A stretch of 64,000 bases of DNA, taken from Bryobacterales bacterium. GTDB taxonomy: Bacteria; Acidobacteriota; Terriglobia; Bryobacterales; UBA6623. Location: assembly GCA_963422375.2 (NCBI GenBank), contig OY729428.2:768001-832000 (forward strand), read 5' to 3'. The notes under the pieces are model-generated. The model saw only the letters and a program-made list of their open reading frames with translations, was not told where the DNA came from and did not search any database. Of the stretch, positions 8,715-22,205 are shown in pieces (the first letter of the stretch is position 1; each line of letters begins with the position of its first letter). The translations under genes and the position numbers were made by a program.

Positions 8715-10172
8715 TCAGGCCAGGGTGCTCCACGCCACCACGGCAAACATGGCGCCGTAGCCGGTCGCGCAGGCGACCAGCGCCAGCCGGCGCCAAAGGG
8801 GCGGCCTGAGCTCGGGAGGCAGCAGCCTGGTGTTCACGAGCAGCAGCTGGACGCTGGCGACGGCCAGCACGAAACCCGCGACGTTCCCGAGCCACTTCAT
8901 CATCTCCATCGCCGTGCCCCAGCGCGCCACCAAGGCGGACCAAGCTGTGAAGGTCACGAACAGGGCGTAGTAAAGCGACCGGGCGTGGTTCCGGGCTAGG
9001 GCGCGGATCCCGGGGCTTCCGGCCCAGGCGATGTCCGTCAGTATCCGCACGAGAATCTCGGTGTTTCCCAAGTGGGTCGAGAACAGGACCCAGAAGCCGT
9101 TCAGCAGAGCCAGGAACCAGAAGCCCTGCCACAGGTTGCGGGCGAGGTAATCGGCCTGGTAGGCTCCGGCGCCGAGCTGCGACAGGTCCGTGCCCGGCGG
9201 GATTACGCTGGTCGCGAGATTGACGTTCAGGAACATGCCGACGAAGCAGCCTCCCGCCCAGAGCCAGATCTGGTCGGCGGTGACGTACTGCCACCAGCGC
9301 CGCCAGCGAGCGAGGTTCAGGGCGCTCCCGGGAAACACGCTTCCCGTCGGTGCGACCCGGATCGACCGGGAACTGGTGGCCGAGGAGATCGCCCCCGTGT
9401 AGGCGGCCATGCCGAAGCCCTTGTCCCGAAACCAGTTCGAGACCGCCAGATTGCCGAAGCCCCCGGAGCCCGACGAGGCCGCGAGAGCTCCGACCAAGGC
9501 GATGTCAACGCCAGCCGGCAGCGCGCCGCCCGAGAAGAAGCCGACCAGCGTCAGGCCCCAGTCCCTAGCCGACACAAAGAACAGGTTGACGAACGCCAGG
9601 AAGCCGAAGATGAACGCCACCATCGTCCACGAGATTCGTTCCAAGGTGCGCTCGATCGTCTCGCCGAATAGCAGCAGCGCGAGAGCGAGAGCGAGCACGC
9701 CGTACGTCGCGGTGGCAAGCGCCCCGCCGTCGCCCTCGCCCGGCATCCGGCCGGCGAAGGTGGCGAAGACCGTCGCGGCGCTTCCGGCGGCCACCGCGGG
9801 CAGGCCCATCTGGGCCGCGCATAGGACTGCGTAGACCGGCCCCCAGACCCGCGGTCCGGGCCGCAGGCGCATGAAGCCCGTGACGACCGGTTCGCCCGTG
9901 CAGACCGTGTAGCGGATCGCCTCGAGATTGAACAGCAGCTGCAGGAGGATGGCCAGCGTCGCGATCCAGAGCAGGTTGCGACCGTACTGCACGCCGATGG
10001 CCGGGCCGACGAGCCACTCCCCGCCCCCGATCGAGGAGGCGAGCAGGATGGCGCCCGGCCCGATCACGCGGAACAGGTTGCGCGCGGAGAACGGCGGCGC
10101 GTCCGGCAGGTCCCGCGTGCCCCAGGGCGGCAGCGCCCCGGCACGGCGCTCCTTGCGGCCCGTCCGGCTCAA
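8715..10172 (-). CDS. Nramp/APC-superfamily transporter (non-canonical, no DPGN motif)
   Basis: IGPGAILLASSIGGGEWLVGP, RYTVCTGE; many TM helices; TTG start overlaps upstream stop (TTGA). Confidence 0.75.
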   Translation of the reverse strand: MSRTGRKERRAGALPPWGTRDLPDAPPFSARNLFRVIGPGAILLASSIGGGEWLVGPAIGVQYGRNLLWIATLAILLQLLFNLEAIRYTVCTGEPVVTGFMRLRPGPRVWGPVYAVLCAAQMGLPAVAAGSAATVFATFAGRMPGEGDGGALATATYGVLALALALLLFGETIERTLERISWTMVAFIFGFLAFVNLFFVSARDWGLTLVGFFSGGALPAGVDIALVGALAASSGSGGFGNLAVSNWFRDKGFGMAAYTGAISSATSSRSIRVAPTGSVFPGSALNLARWRRWWQYVTADQIWLWAGGCFVGMFLNVNLATSVIPPGTDLSQLGAGAYQADYLARNLWQGFWFLALLNGFWVLFSTHLGNTEILVRILTDIAWAGSPGIRALARNHARSLYYALFVTFTAWSALVARWGTAMEMMKWLGNVAGFVLAVASVQLLLVNTRLLPPELRPPLWRRLALVACATGYGAMFAVVAWSTLA

Positions 10173-10870
10173 TCGCTCCCCCGGAATCGCAGCTGCGGCA
10201 GGAAGCCGGCCGCGCGCTTCGCGGCGAGCAGCTCGTCGTAGCGCAGCAAGGCCGCGAGATCCGCCCCGCGCAGGACGGCCTCCGTGATCCGCGTCTCGGC
10301 CTCGAGCAGCCGCTCGGCGGCGCGCACGGTGTCCCCCAGGCGCGCGACGGGCACCGCGACCACGCCGTCCGCGTCGCCGACTACCCAGTCGCCGGGAGAA
10401 ACCGGCAGTCCGCCGCATTGCACGGGCACCTGCAGCTCGCCTGCGTATTCCGCCCCTCCCGCGCTCGGCACAACCGATCGTGCGAACACGGGGAAGGACT
10501 GTCTCCGAATCTCCTCGCTGTCGCGAATCGCGCCGTCGACGACGACTCCGGCCAGCCCCTTCAGCCGGGCGGCGTGCGTGATGATGCCGCCCCACAGGGC
10601 AGTGTTGCGCTCCCCGCGGCCGTCGACCACCAGCACGTGACGCTCGGGACAGGCGGAAACGGCCTTGCCAACCATCAGGATGTCCGCCGTATGCACGCGC
10701 ACGGTGAACGCCGGTCCGGCCATCGGGCCGCCGGAAGACCGGCGCTGGATTCCGTGATCCATCGCGCCGGCCTTGCCGAGGGCGTCGGATAGGAGCCCCG
10801 TCGACAAGTCGAGGAGCCGCTCGCGAGGGCGCTCGACCGCATCAGGGGGGGAGCGCATATCCATTGCCAT
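10169..10870 (-). CDS. RraA-family / HMG aldolase-like protein
   Basis: LSDALG, AGPAFTV, VLVVDG..ALWGGI, GVVVDGAIRD, PGDWVVGDADGVV. Confidence 0.88.
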   Translation of the reverse strand: MAMDMRSPPDAVERPRERLLDLSTGLLSDALGKAGAMDHGIQRRSSGGPMAGPAFTVRVHTADILMVGKAVSACPERHVLVVDGRGERNTALWGGIITHAARLKGLAGVVVDGAIRDSEEIRRQSFPVFARSVVPSAGGAEYAGELQVPVQCGGLPVSPGDWVVGDADGVVAVPVARLGDTVRAAERLLEAETRITEAVLRGADLAALLRYDELLAAKRAAGFLPQLRFRGSD

Positions 10871-10874
10871 GCCG

Positions 10875-11999
10875 CTACGCGCCGGCCGGGACGCCCTCGC
10901 CGAGGGCGACCTCTTCCTGCAGGATCACCTGCGCCGGGTTGATCGCGCCGTGCCTGGCCTTATTCGCGGTGATCGCGAAGGCCTCGCGCACCGACTCGAT
11001 GCCGGCCAGCCGGTGCGTGATCATCGGAGCGAGTTCCACGCGGCCCGAAGCCACCAAGCGCACGGTGTGCTCCAAGTGCGCCAGCGTGCTGATGTCCGGG
11101 AACAGCACCCGCAGGCTGCGCTCGCGAAGGGCGTCCACGTCAATCTCGAGCGGGCCGCCGAACCAAGACACCACCGTCAGCTTGCCGCCCGAGCGGACAG
11201 CCCGGACAGCCTGCTCAAGCGCGCTCTTGCCGGCCAGCCCCTGCTTGGGGCTGCCGCCCGCGCATTCGAAGACCAGATCCGCTCCGTTTCCACCGGTCAG
11301 GTCGCGAATCGCGTCGACCGGGTCGTCGCGCCGGGCGTCGATCGCGGCGTCCGCTCCCAGCTCCAGCGAGAGGCGGCACGCTTCCTCGCGGATGTCGACC
11401 GTCACGATGCGCCCTGCCCCGGCGTTGCGGGCCGCCTGCATGCACTCGAGGCCCATGCTCCCCTGCCCGAACACGGCCACGGACTCGCCTAGGCGGATTC
11501 CCGCCGTGTCGACAGCCGCCAGACTGTCGCTCAGAGACTGCAGGCAGGCGGCCTCGCCGTCGCTGACCCGAGGGTCGACCGCAGCGAGCGCGGTCTCCGG
11601 CAGGAGCGCCCTCTCCGCGAGGCAGCCCGGAAGCTGGAATCCGATGATCGGCCCGGCGCGGCAGGCTTCCTCCCGCCCGCAACCGCAGAGCGCGCAGCGG
11701 CCGCACGGCAGCTTCGCCCGCGCAGCCACCCTGTCGCCGGGCCGGAAGCACGAGGACGGCGGTGACTGAAGGATCCGAGCGCAGAACTCGTGGCCGAACA
11801 GCCGCAGCGGCGCTTCCGTCTCGAGCCTCCGCTTGACCTCCGCGAACGCCAGCGTCGGCACTCCGAAGGCGAGCTGGGCCTCCGTGACGCTGGGCTGAAC
11901 GCACAGGACCTCGGCGATCACGTGGCCGTCGCGAGGCCGCGGCTCCGGCACCTCGTCAAGGCGCATGTCGCCGAAGCCGTAGAAGCGCCAGGCCCGCAT
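10875..11999 (-). CDS. Zinc-binding MDR-family alcohol/polyol dehydrogenase
   Basis: MRAWRFYGFGDMRLDEVPEP, GHEF, CGRCALC..C structural Zn, VFGQGSMG Rossmann motif. Confidence 0.88.
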   Translation of the reverse strand: MRAWRFYGFGDMRLDEVPEPRPRDGHVIAEVLCVQPSVTEAQLAFGVPTLAFAEVKRRLETEAPLRLFGHEFCARILQSPPSSCFRPGDRVAARAKLPCGRCALCGCGREEACRAGPIIGFQLPGCLAERALLPETALAAVDPRVSDGEAACLQSLSDSLAAVDTAGIRLGESVAVFGQGSMGLECMQAARNAGAGRIVTVDIREEACRLSLELGADAAIDARRDDPVDAIRDLTGGNGADLVFECAGGSPKQGLAGKSALEQAVRAVRSGGKLTVVSWFGGPLEIDVDALRERSLRVLFPDISTLAHLEHTVRLVASGRVELAPMITHRLAGIESVREAFAITANKARHGAINPAQVILQEEVALGEGVPAGA

Positions 12000-12097
12000 G
12001 CGTGCCTCCCGGCCGGTCGGCCGAAACCGCAGGCAGTGTACCAAGCCGGGCCGCGCGCGAGGAGAGGGCCCCGCGCCCGGAAGAATCGGGGAGAGGC

Positions 12098-13411
12098 CTA
12101 CAGCCGGATCGTCAGCATCGCGTTCAGGAACGTCTGCGACTGCCCCGCCGGCACGCTGGCGATGACGAACGGCCCCGCGAAGAAACGCGACACGCCCAAC
12201 CTGAGCTGCACCTCGCGGACCGGACGGTAGAGGATGGTCGGGTCCAGCTCGGAGCCGATCGCGGAGTTCGAGGCACCGCCCGGAGGCGCGGCCGCCCGCA
12301 GGTCCTGGCCGGTCTCGTACAGGCCGTCCCGGAGGCTTGCGAGCCTGAAGTCGATCAGGCTGACGCTCACCTGCAGCTTGCGCAGCGGATGCAGATCCAC
12401 CCCGGTCTCGCGGTACTTCAGATTGCGGAAGCCCGCGAGATCCTGCTCGCCTAAGTGGCGGTGCCGCGACGGGAAGAGCGCGTCGAACGTGCCGTTGCGC
12501 CCGTCGCCCGGATCCCGGTCCCCGCTGGCATAGCTCCATTCGAATCCGATGCGAGGGCTCGCCGGGGCCCCGGGGATGGTCCTGCCGAGTTCCCAGACAC
12601 CCGCCCAGGCCCGCTGCGGCATGTCCGCTCGCCCGCCGCCCTGCGACATCAGGATGACCTGGTATTCCCAGACACCCGCGGGGGCCCCCGCGGCCCGCAG
12701 GCCCCCCGTGCGGACGAGGCCGCCGAGATGTGACACAGGGGCGACCTCCCGGCGCGTCGTCAGCAGGACCGGCTCCACGAGCAGGCTCTCGCCGACGACA
12801 GGCGCGGAGCCGACCATGCCGTACACGAACCGGGAGAGAGACGGCGGGTCGAGGCCGTCCCGGATTTCGGCCTGGGTGTAGCCCAGCAGATGCAACTCGC
12901 CGGAGCCGCGCCGCAGCGTGAGCGTCGATCCGTCCCATGTCGGCGAGACGTTGCTCCATCCCCGCGGGCCCAGCACGCGATCGTCGATGAAGCTGAGTTC
13001 CTGCCGGCCCGCTCGAATCGTCCAGGGACCGTCCTCGCGTCCCGCGGCGATGTACGCCTGGCGCAAGTCCAGGCCGTTGCGAAAGCCAGCGCGGATCCTG
13101 CCTGCTCCCAACGAGCCCACTCTCGAGTCCTGGGCCTGCAGGAAGACACTCAGGCCCGCCCGCGGGCGATACGCGAAATCGAGGCGCAACCTGGATGTGG
13201 CGAGACGGTCCTCCCGCTCCGGGTTCTCCCCGCTTCCCTCGCGGGTCTCCGCCCGGGCCCTTAGCTCCGCCCCGAACTGGAATCGCGGCTCGGCCTCCTT
13301 GCGGAACGCGTCATCGCCGCGCGCGGAGACGCCGGCGACAAGCAGGCCCAAGGCCGCGGCGAGCGCCGGGCGGACGAGAGAGGATCCCGAGTTGCAACGG
13401 CCCATCCGCAT
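12098..13411 (-). CDS. Alginate-export (AlgE-like) outer-membrane beta-barrel protein
   Basis: Signal peptide; ELRARAE, FLQAQDSR, LDLRQAYI, RAGRQEL, SYASGD..TFDALFPSRH, IGSELD; start approximate. Confidence 0.75.
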   Translation of the reverse strand: MRMGRCNSGSSLVRPALAAALGLLVAGVSARGDDAFRKEAEPRFQFGAELRARAETREGSGENPEREDRLATSRLRLDFAYRPRAGLSVFLQAQDSRVGSLGAGRIRAGFRNGLDLRQAYIAAGREDGPWTIRAGRQELSFIDDRVLGPRGWSNVSPTWDGSTLTLRRGSGELHLLGYTQAEIRDGLDPPSLSRFVYGMVGSAPVVGESLLVEPVLLTTRREVAPVSHLGGLVRTGGLRAAGAPAGVWEYQVILMSQGGGRADMPQRAWAGVWELGRTIPGAPASPRIGFEWSYASGDRDPGDGRNGTFDALFPSRHRHLGEQDLAGFRNLKYRETGVDLHPLRKLQVSVSLIDFRLASLRDGLYETGQDLRAAAPPGGASNSAIGSELDPTILYRPVREVQLRLGVSRFFAGPFVIASVPAGQSQTFLNAMLTIRL

Positions 13412-13518
13412 CGGCGCGGGCTCCCGTTGCCCGCCGTCCCGGCCCGCCTGGGGGAAGCGCGGCGAAGTGCCCTGCCTTCTCTCGAATCTAGCAAGACGGC
13501 CCGACCCGCCCGGCGCGC

Positions 13519-15321
13519 TCACTCGCCTCCGACGCTCAGGACGGCGAGGAACGCCTCCTGGGGGATCTCGACGCGCCCGACGCGCTTCATCCGGCGCTTG
13601 CCCTCCCGCTGCTTCTCCAGCAGCTTGCGCTTGCGCGTGATGTCGCCGCCGTAGCACTTCGCGGTCACGTTCTTGCGCAGCGCGGCGATGTTCTCGCGCG
13701 CGATGATCTTGTTCCCGATGGCAGCCTGCAGGGCGACCTCGAACTGCTGCCGCGGGATCAGCTTGCGGAACTTCTGGATCAGCGCCTTGCCGCGCTCGTG
13801 GGCCTGGTCGCGATGCACGATGACCGAGAGCGCGTCGACCAGATCCCCGGCGACGAGAATGTCGAGCCGGACCATCGGCGAGACCCAGTAGCCCGAGAAG
13901 TGGTAATCGATGGAGGCGTAGCCCCGCGACACCGTCTTCAAGCGGTCGTAGAAGTCCAGCACGATCTCGTTGAGCGGCACCTCGTACGTAAGGACGGCGC
14001 GGCTGGCAGCGGCGTACTCGAAGCTCTTCTGCACGCCCCGCTTGTCGTCGAACAGCTTCAGGATCCCGCCGAGGTGCTCGTCCCGCGAGATGACGGTGAC
14101 CGTGAACACCGGCTCCTCGACCTGCGCGATCGAGGCCTGGGGCGGCCACCGGCTGGCGTTGTCGACCTCGGCCACGCTCCCGTCCGCCTGCGTCACGCGG
14201 TAGCGCACGCCCGGGGCGGTCGTGATCAGGGCCAGGCCGAATTCCCGTTCGAGCCGCTCCTGGACGATTTCCAGATGCAGCAGCCCGAGGAATCCGCAGC
14301 GGAATCCGAAGCCCAGCGCGACGGAGCTCTCGGGCTCGAACCGGAAGGAGCGGTCGTTGAGCTGCAGCTTCTCCAGCGCGTCGCGCAGCACGTCGTGCTG
14401 GTGGGACTCGACCGGATAGAGCCCGGCGAAGACCATGGGCTTGGACTCGGCGAATCCAGGCAGCGGCTCGCCCGGGAGATTGGCGCCGTCGCAGATCGTG
14501 TCGCCGATCCTCGTCTCGGTCACGTTCTTGATGTTGGCGATCACCCAGCCCACGTCCCCCGCGGTCAGCGCGCCGCACGAGACGGTCTTGGGAGTGCGGT
14601 AGCCCAGATCCTCGACCTCGTAGGTCCGCCCGGTGGTCCAGAGCCGGATCTTCATGCCCTTCGCCAGCGTCCCGTCGACGACCCTGGCGAGCATCACCAC
14701 GCCGCGGTAGGCGTCGTACCAAGAATCGAACAGCAGCGCGCGCAGCGGGCCGCCGGGCGCCGGGCTGGGGGCCGGCACCCGCGCCACGATCGCCTCCAGC
14801 ACCTCCCCGACTCCCGCGCCCGTCTTGGCGCTGATACGCAGGCTGTCGTGCGCCTCGAGGCCGATCGTGCCCTCGATCTCGTCCTGCACCCGGTCGGGGT
14901 CGGCGGCGGGGAGATCGATCTTGTTCAGGACGGGAATGATCTCGAGGTCGTGCTCCAGGGCGAGGTAGGTGTTGGCCATGGTCTGGGCCTCGACGCCCTG
15001 GGCAGCGTCCACCACGAGCAGCGCCCCCTCGCAGGCCGCCAGGCTGCGCGACACCTCGTAGGCGAAGTCGACGTGCCCGGGCGTGTCGATCAAGTTCAGC
15101 CGGTAGGTCGTGCCGTCCGGAGCTCGGTAGTCGAGCCGGACGGCCTGGGCCTTGATCGTGATGCCGCGCTCGCGCTCGAGGTCCATCGAGTCGAGCACCT
15201 GGTCCTGCATCTCCCGGCTGCTGATCGCCCCTGTATCCTCCAGCAGCCGGTCCGCCAGCGTCGACTTGCCGTGGTCGATGTGGGCGATGATCGAGAAATT
15301 GCGGATGAGGGAAGGGTCCAT
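13519..15321 (-). CDS. lepA: Elongation factor 4 (LepA)
   Basis: [46 protein letters not shown]. Confidence 0.98.
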   Translation of the reverse strand: MDPSLIRNFSIIAHIDHGKSTLADRLLEDTGAISSREMQDQVLDSMDLERERGITIKAQAVRLDYRAPDGTTYRLNLIDTPGHVDFAYEVSRSLAACEGALLVVDAAQGVEAQTMANTYLALEHDLEIIPVLNKIDLPAADPDRVQDEIEGTIGLEAHDSLRISAKTGAGVGEVLEAIVARVPAPSPAPGGPLRALLFDSWYDAYRGVVMLARVVDGTLAKGMKIRLWTTGRTYEVEDLGYRTPKTVSCGALTAGDVGWVIANIKNVTETRIGDTICDGANLPGEPLPGFAESKPMVFAGLYPVESHQHDVLRDALEKLQLNDRSFRFEPESSVALGFGFRCGFLGLLHLEIVQERLEREFGLALITTAPGVRYRVTQADGSVAEVDNASRWPPQASIAQVEEPVFTVTVISRDEHLGGILKLFDDKRGVQKSFEYAAASRAVLTYEVPLNEIVLDFYDRLKTVSRGYASIDYHFSGYWVSPMVRLDILVAGDLVDALSVIVHRDQAHERGKALIQKFRKLIPRQQFEVALQAAIGNKIIARENIAALRKNVTAKCYGGDITRKRKLLEKQREGKRRMKRVGRVEIPQEAFLAVLSVGGE

Positions 15322-15414
15322 GCGGTACCGGCGGGCTGGGCGGGCGTGGGGCTGGTCCGCCACCGGCACTCTCCCGATCCGATTGTAGCGACCGCCCCGG
15401 GGCCGCGGGCGCGC

Positions 15415-18848
<3,434 letters not shown>

Positions 18849-18852
<4 letters not shown>

Positions 18853-19325
18853 CCGGCTCGCATCCCCCGGATGTTCGTCACCATGTCCGTGGTCGAGTAC
18901 CCGGTCTCCACGGGCAAGGCGCGGACCTCCCCGCCCGCCGCCTCGACGATCTCGCGCCCCGCGATCCAGTGAGCCCAGTCCGCGCCCTTGACGAGCACGT
19001 CGGGCAGCAGCGCCTCGAGCAGGGCGTGCGGCGTCTCCTCGCCGAACACAGTGACGGCGTCGACGCAGGCGAGCGCCGCGAGCGTGGCCGCGCGCTCGCG
19101 CTCGGGCAGGACCGGGCGGAGGGGGCCCTTCAGGCCGCGCACGCTGGCATCGGAGTTGACCGCCACGACGAGCCTGCGGCCCAAGGCGCTGGCGCGCTCC
19201 AGCAGGCGCACGTGGCCCGGGTGCAGCAGGTCGAAGCAGCCGTTGGTGAACACCACCCGCTCGCCGCGACGCGCCCAGTCGGCGCGCAGCCGCGCCAAGT
19301 CGGGCCGTTCCAGCACGACGCCCAT
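18849..19325 (-). CDS. rfaE2: D-glycero-beta-D-manno-heptose 1-phosphate adenylyltransferase (RfaE domain II)
   Basis: [38 protein letters not shown]. Confidence 0.92.
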
Positions 19326-19352
19326 CGATCCGGCCGCCCGCTACAGGAAGCG

Positions 19353-19952
19353 CTAGCGGCTGAGCGCCAGCTCGGGCTGGTAGTCCCGCACGGGCTGGGC
19401 GAGGAGGGGGAACTCGCGGATCTTGCGGTAGACGGGCCCCCGCTCCGTATTCTGGCTACCGTAGAGGGCGAACCGGTCGGGGGCGATGGTGCCGAACTCC
19501 CGGCTCGGCAGCTCCTCCATGGCCTCGTACATCTCGGTCAGGTCGCACTGGCCCCGCAGGCGGCCCAGAGTGAGATGCGGCATGTAGGGGCGCACTTCCG
19601 GGGCGATGCCCAAGCGCGTGAGCCGGGCGTCGATGCTGCTGGCGAGCTGTCGCAGCGGCGGGGTGTTCTCGGCGATCACCCAGAAGACACGCGGGCTGTG
19701 CGCGTAGGGAAAGAAGCCGAGGCCCGCCAGCGGCACCGAGATGCGGGTGGCGACGCGCACGCCCCCGAGCGCGCGCGTGAGGTGATCCAGCCGGCTCTCG
19801 TCCCACTCGCCGATGTACTTCAGCGTCACGTGCATGTTCCGCGGATGCACCCAGCGGATCGGCGCCATGGGGGCGAGGCGGCGAACCAGCTCCGTGAGGT
19901 TCGCGATGACTTTGGAGTCGGGTTCAAATGCAACAAAGAAACGCATGGTCAT
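19353..19952 (-). CDS. thpR: RNA 2',3'-cyclic phosphodiesterase (2H phosphoesterase)
   Basis: MRFFVA, two HxT motifs (MHVTLKYIG, PHLTLGR), PRVFW, GPVY. Confidence 0.9.
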   Translation of the reverse strand: MTMRFFVAFEPDSKVIANLTELVRRLAPMAPIRWVHPRNMHVTLKYIGEWDESRLDHLTRALGGVRVATRISVPLAGLGFFPYAHSPRVFWVIAENTPPLRQLASSIDARLTRLGIAPEVRPYMPHLTLGRLRGQCDLTEMYEAMEELPSREFGTIAPDRFALYGSQNTERGPVYRKIREFPLLAQPVRDYQPELALSR

Positions 19953-19986
19953 TGAAAGCGGGCCGGCCGGATGCCGGGCCGGCCGC

Positions 19987-20391
19987 CTATTTCTTGTGAA
20001 CGGAAACCTGGTTCGATGGAGGCTCGAGGACGATCGTCTCCGTCTGTTCGGGCTCGGTCAACGCGACCTGCTCGCCATGGGTACGGTAGCCTTGGCTGAT
20101 CACTTGGATCAGCACGTGGCCCCGCGGCAGCGGCGGGACCGGCGTGCTGCCCTCGTTGCTCGTCTTGAGCTCGAGGGCCTGGCCCTTTCGCGGCCTGAAC
20201 TTCTTGCCCTTGAGCGGCCGGACGATCACGCTGGCGCGCGGGACCGGCCGGCCCTGCCGGTCATGGACCAGGATGCGCAGCGTGGTCCACTCGCGGGCCG
20301 CCGACAGGGTCGAGGGCCCGGGCAGCGCCCCGGCCAGAGCGGCCAGGAACAGCCGCCGCGACCCTCGCGCAGCGCAGCCCATTCGCGTCAT
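19987..20391 (-). CDS. Small exported carboxypeptidase-regulatory-like (transthyretin-like) domain protein
   Basis: SRRLFL signal-like N-terminus; VHDRQGRPVPRASV, LELKTSNEG, IQVISQGYRT. Confidence 0.7.
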   Translation of the reverse strand: MTRMGCAARGSRRLFLAALAGALPGPSTLSAAREWTTLRILVHDRQGRPVPRASVIVRPLKGKKFRPRKGQALELKTSNEGSTPVPPLPRGHVLIQVISQGYRTHGEQVALTEPEQTETIVLEPPSNQVSVHKK

Positions 20392-20396
20392 GTCGC

Positions 20397-22187
20397 TCAG
20401 AAGATGTAGCTCAGCGCGCCGGAATAGCTCCGGATCGCCTGCAGCAGGCTCAGGACGCGGCCCCGATCCGCGCGAAGCGGCACGTAGCCGGTCTTGAGGA
20501 TGTTGCGGATTTCGGCGCTGGCCTCGAACTTCCCGGGCATGCCGCCCCCGATCGGAAGCGGCTGGCGCAGAGCCAGGTTGAGGCCCGGGTCGGACCGCGC
20601 GGCGAAATCGTTGAATGGGTCGGCGCTCGCGACCGACTGCCGACTCGACCACTGGTACGACGCGTCCAGCGCCGTGCCGGCGCCGGGCAGCTCGGCAGAG
20701 ACCGACGCTAGGAGCAGGTGGGCGCGTTGCGCCCGCAGGACCTCCCGCAGCTCGTCCGCCCGGCCGCTCCGCAGCCGGGTGCGCGACGGGGCCAGCACGC
20801 CGGCGTAGCCGTAGCCCACCGCCGCCTGCAGGCGGTCCCCAATATTGCGGGCGTAGGAGACCCGCAGGCCGCTCGCCCGGTAGTCGCCGCCGTTGAGCGT
20901 CGACGTGGCGGCGCGCAGGTCGGGCACGGCGTCGCCGTCGGCGTACATGCCCTCCGGCAGGGCCGCGGTGATCGCGGCATCCCGGATCCAGTCGCGGTAG
21001 ACGGCCGCTTCGACGAGATTGTCGCCGAACTGCTCGCTGTAAGCCACCTCGGCGTGCTCGGAGCGCTGCACGGTGGGCCTTCCATGGACCAAGGCGACGC
21101 GCGGGAACATGCCCAGCTGCCTCACGTCGCCCTGCAGCGCCGCGTCCGGGCGCCGCCCGGCGAGGGACTGCGGCGGCACGCCCGACGCGTACTTGAAGGC
21201 GATCTCGCGGCCCGGCGCCAGCTTGTAGACGGCCTGGCCGCGCGGGCTGGCGAACTGCAGCCTCTGGACGAACTTGACGGACTCGAAGAGCAGGCCGTAC
21301 TCCACTCGCAGGGAGTCGGTGAGGTCCACCGAGTCGGCGAATTCCAAGGACAGGCTCTCCAGCCGCGGCACGCCCTGGCCGTCCTGCGCCTCCAGCAGCC
21401 CCGCCGTCGCCACCGAGGCGGCCTGCATCTGGCGCACCGTCAGGGAGACTTCGGGCTTGGCGGGACCCAAGTCCCTGGCGTAGGTGGTGCGGAAGGCGCG
21501 CGACCCGCCGGACAGGTCCGCCCGTCCGACGCCCGGGCTTCCGCTCACGGTGAGGTCGTGATTCCCGAACAGCGACGTCGCCACGGCGAAGGCGGTGCCT
21601 AGGTCCTGCTGCGAGCGGAGACCGCTGGAGCGGTTGCCCAGCCCGGCGCTGAACTCGGCGTACGCGCGCGTGTCCTCGAACGGGCCGCCCAGCCTGCGCA
21701 GGAACTCCTCGCGCTCGTCGCGCCGGCCCGGGGAGAAGCGCAGCACGTTGCGCCTGGAGTGCGTGGCGCGCAGCACCCACTTCCAGCGCTCCGACATGTC
21801 GCGCACCTGGCTGCCGTACGCCAGCTGCAGGCTTGCCAGCACCCCGCGCATGCAGACGTCGAGGACCGTCCGCTCGCCGGGGTCGACCTCCAAGCCGGGC
21901 ATGCGGGCCGGGGCGAAGTTCGGCTGCCGAACCTCGAGCGCGTACCCGCCGGGGAAGAGCCCGGTGAACTGGAACCAACCGCGGTAGTCGCTCGCGACCG
22001 TCTGCGCCACGCGCCCGTCGGAAGCGATCAGATCGACCTCGGCCCCCATCTGCGGGACGCCCGCCTCGTCGCGCACCAAGCCCGCCACGCTCCCGCCCAC
22101 CTGGGCGGCGGCGGGCAGCGCCAGCGCCAGCGCCAGCAGGGCCCCCCGCCCGCGGCTTGCTGCCGGATTCCGAGATCGTCGCGGCAT
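20397..22187 (-). CDS. Carboxypeptidase-regulatory-like domain fused to probable outer-membrane beta-barrel
   Basis: Signal peptide; GSVAGLVRDEAGVPQMGAEV..LFPGGY; amphipathic beta strands; C-terminal YSGALSYIF beta-signal. Confidence 0.7.
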   Translation of the reverse strand: MPRRSRNPAASRGRGALLALALALPAAAQVGGSVAGLVRDEAGVPQMGAEVDLIASDGRVAQTVASDYRGWFQFTGLFPGGYALEVRQPNFAPARMPGLEVDPGERTVLDVCMRGVLASLQLAYGSQVRDMSERWKWVLRATHSRRNVLRFSPGRRDEREEFLRRLGGPFEDTRAYAEFSAGLGNRSSGLRSQQDLGTAFAVATSLFGNHDLTVSGSPGVGRADLSGGSRAFRTTYARDLGPAKPEVSLTVRQMQAASVATAGLLEAQDGQGVPRLESLSLEFADSVDLTDSLRVEYGLLFESVKFVQRLQFASPRGQAVYKLAPGREIAFKYASGVPPQSLAGRRPDAALQGDVRQLGMFPRVALVHGRPTVQRSEHAEVAYSEQFGDNLVEAAVYRDWIRDAAITAALPEGMYADGDAVPDLRAATSTLNGGDYRASGLRVSYARNIGDRLQAAVGYGYAGVLAPSRTRLRSGRADELREVLRAQRAHLLLASVSAELPGAGTALDASYQWSSRQSVASADPFNDFAARSDPGLNLALRQPLPIGGGMPGKFEASAEIRNILKTGYVPLRADRGRVLSLLQAIRSYSGALSYIF

Positions 22188-22205
22188 GCTGGATCGGCTC
22201 GCGCT

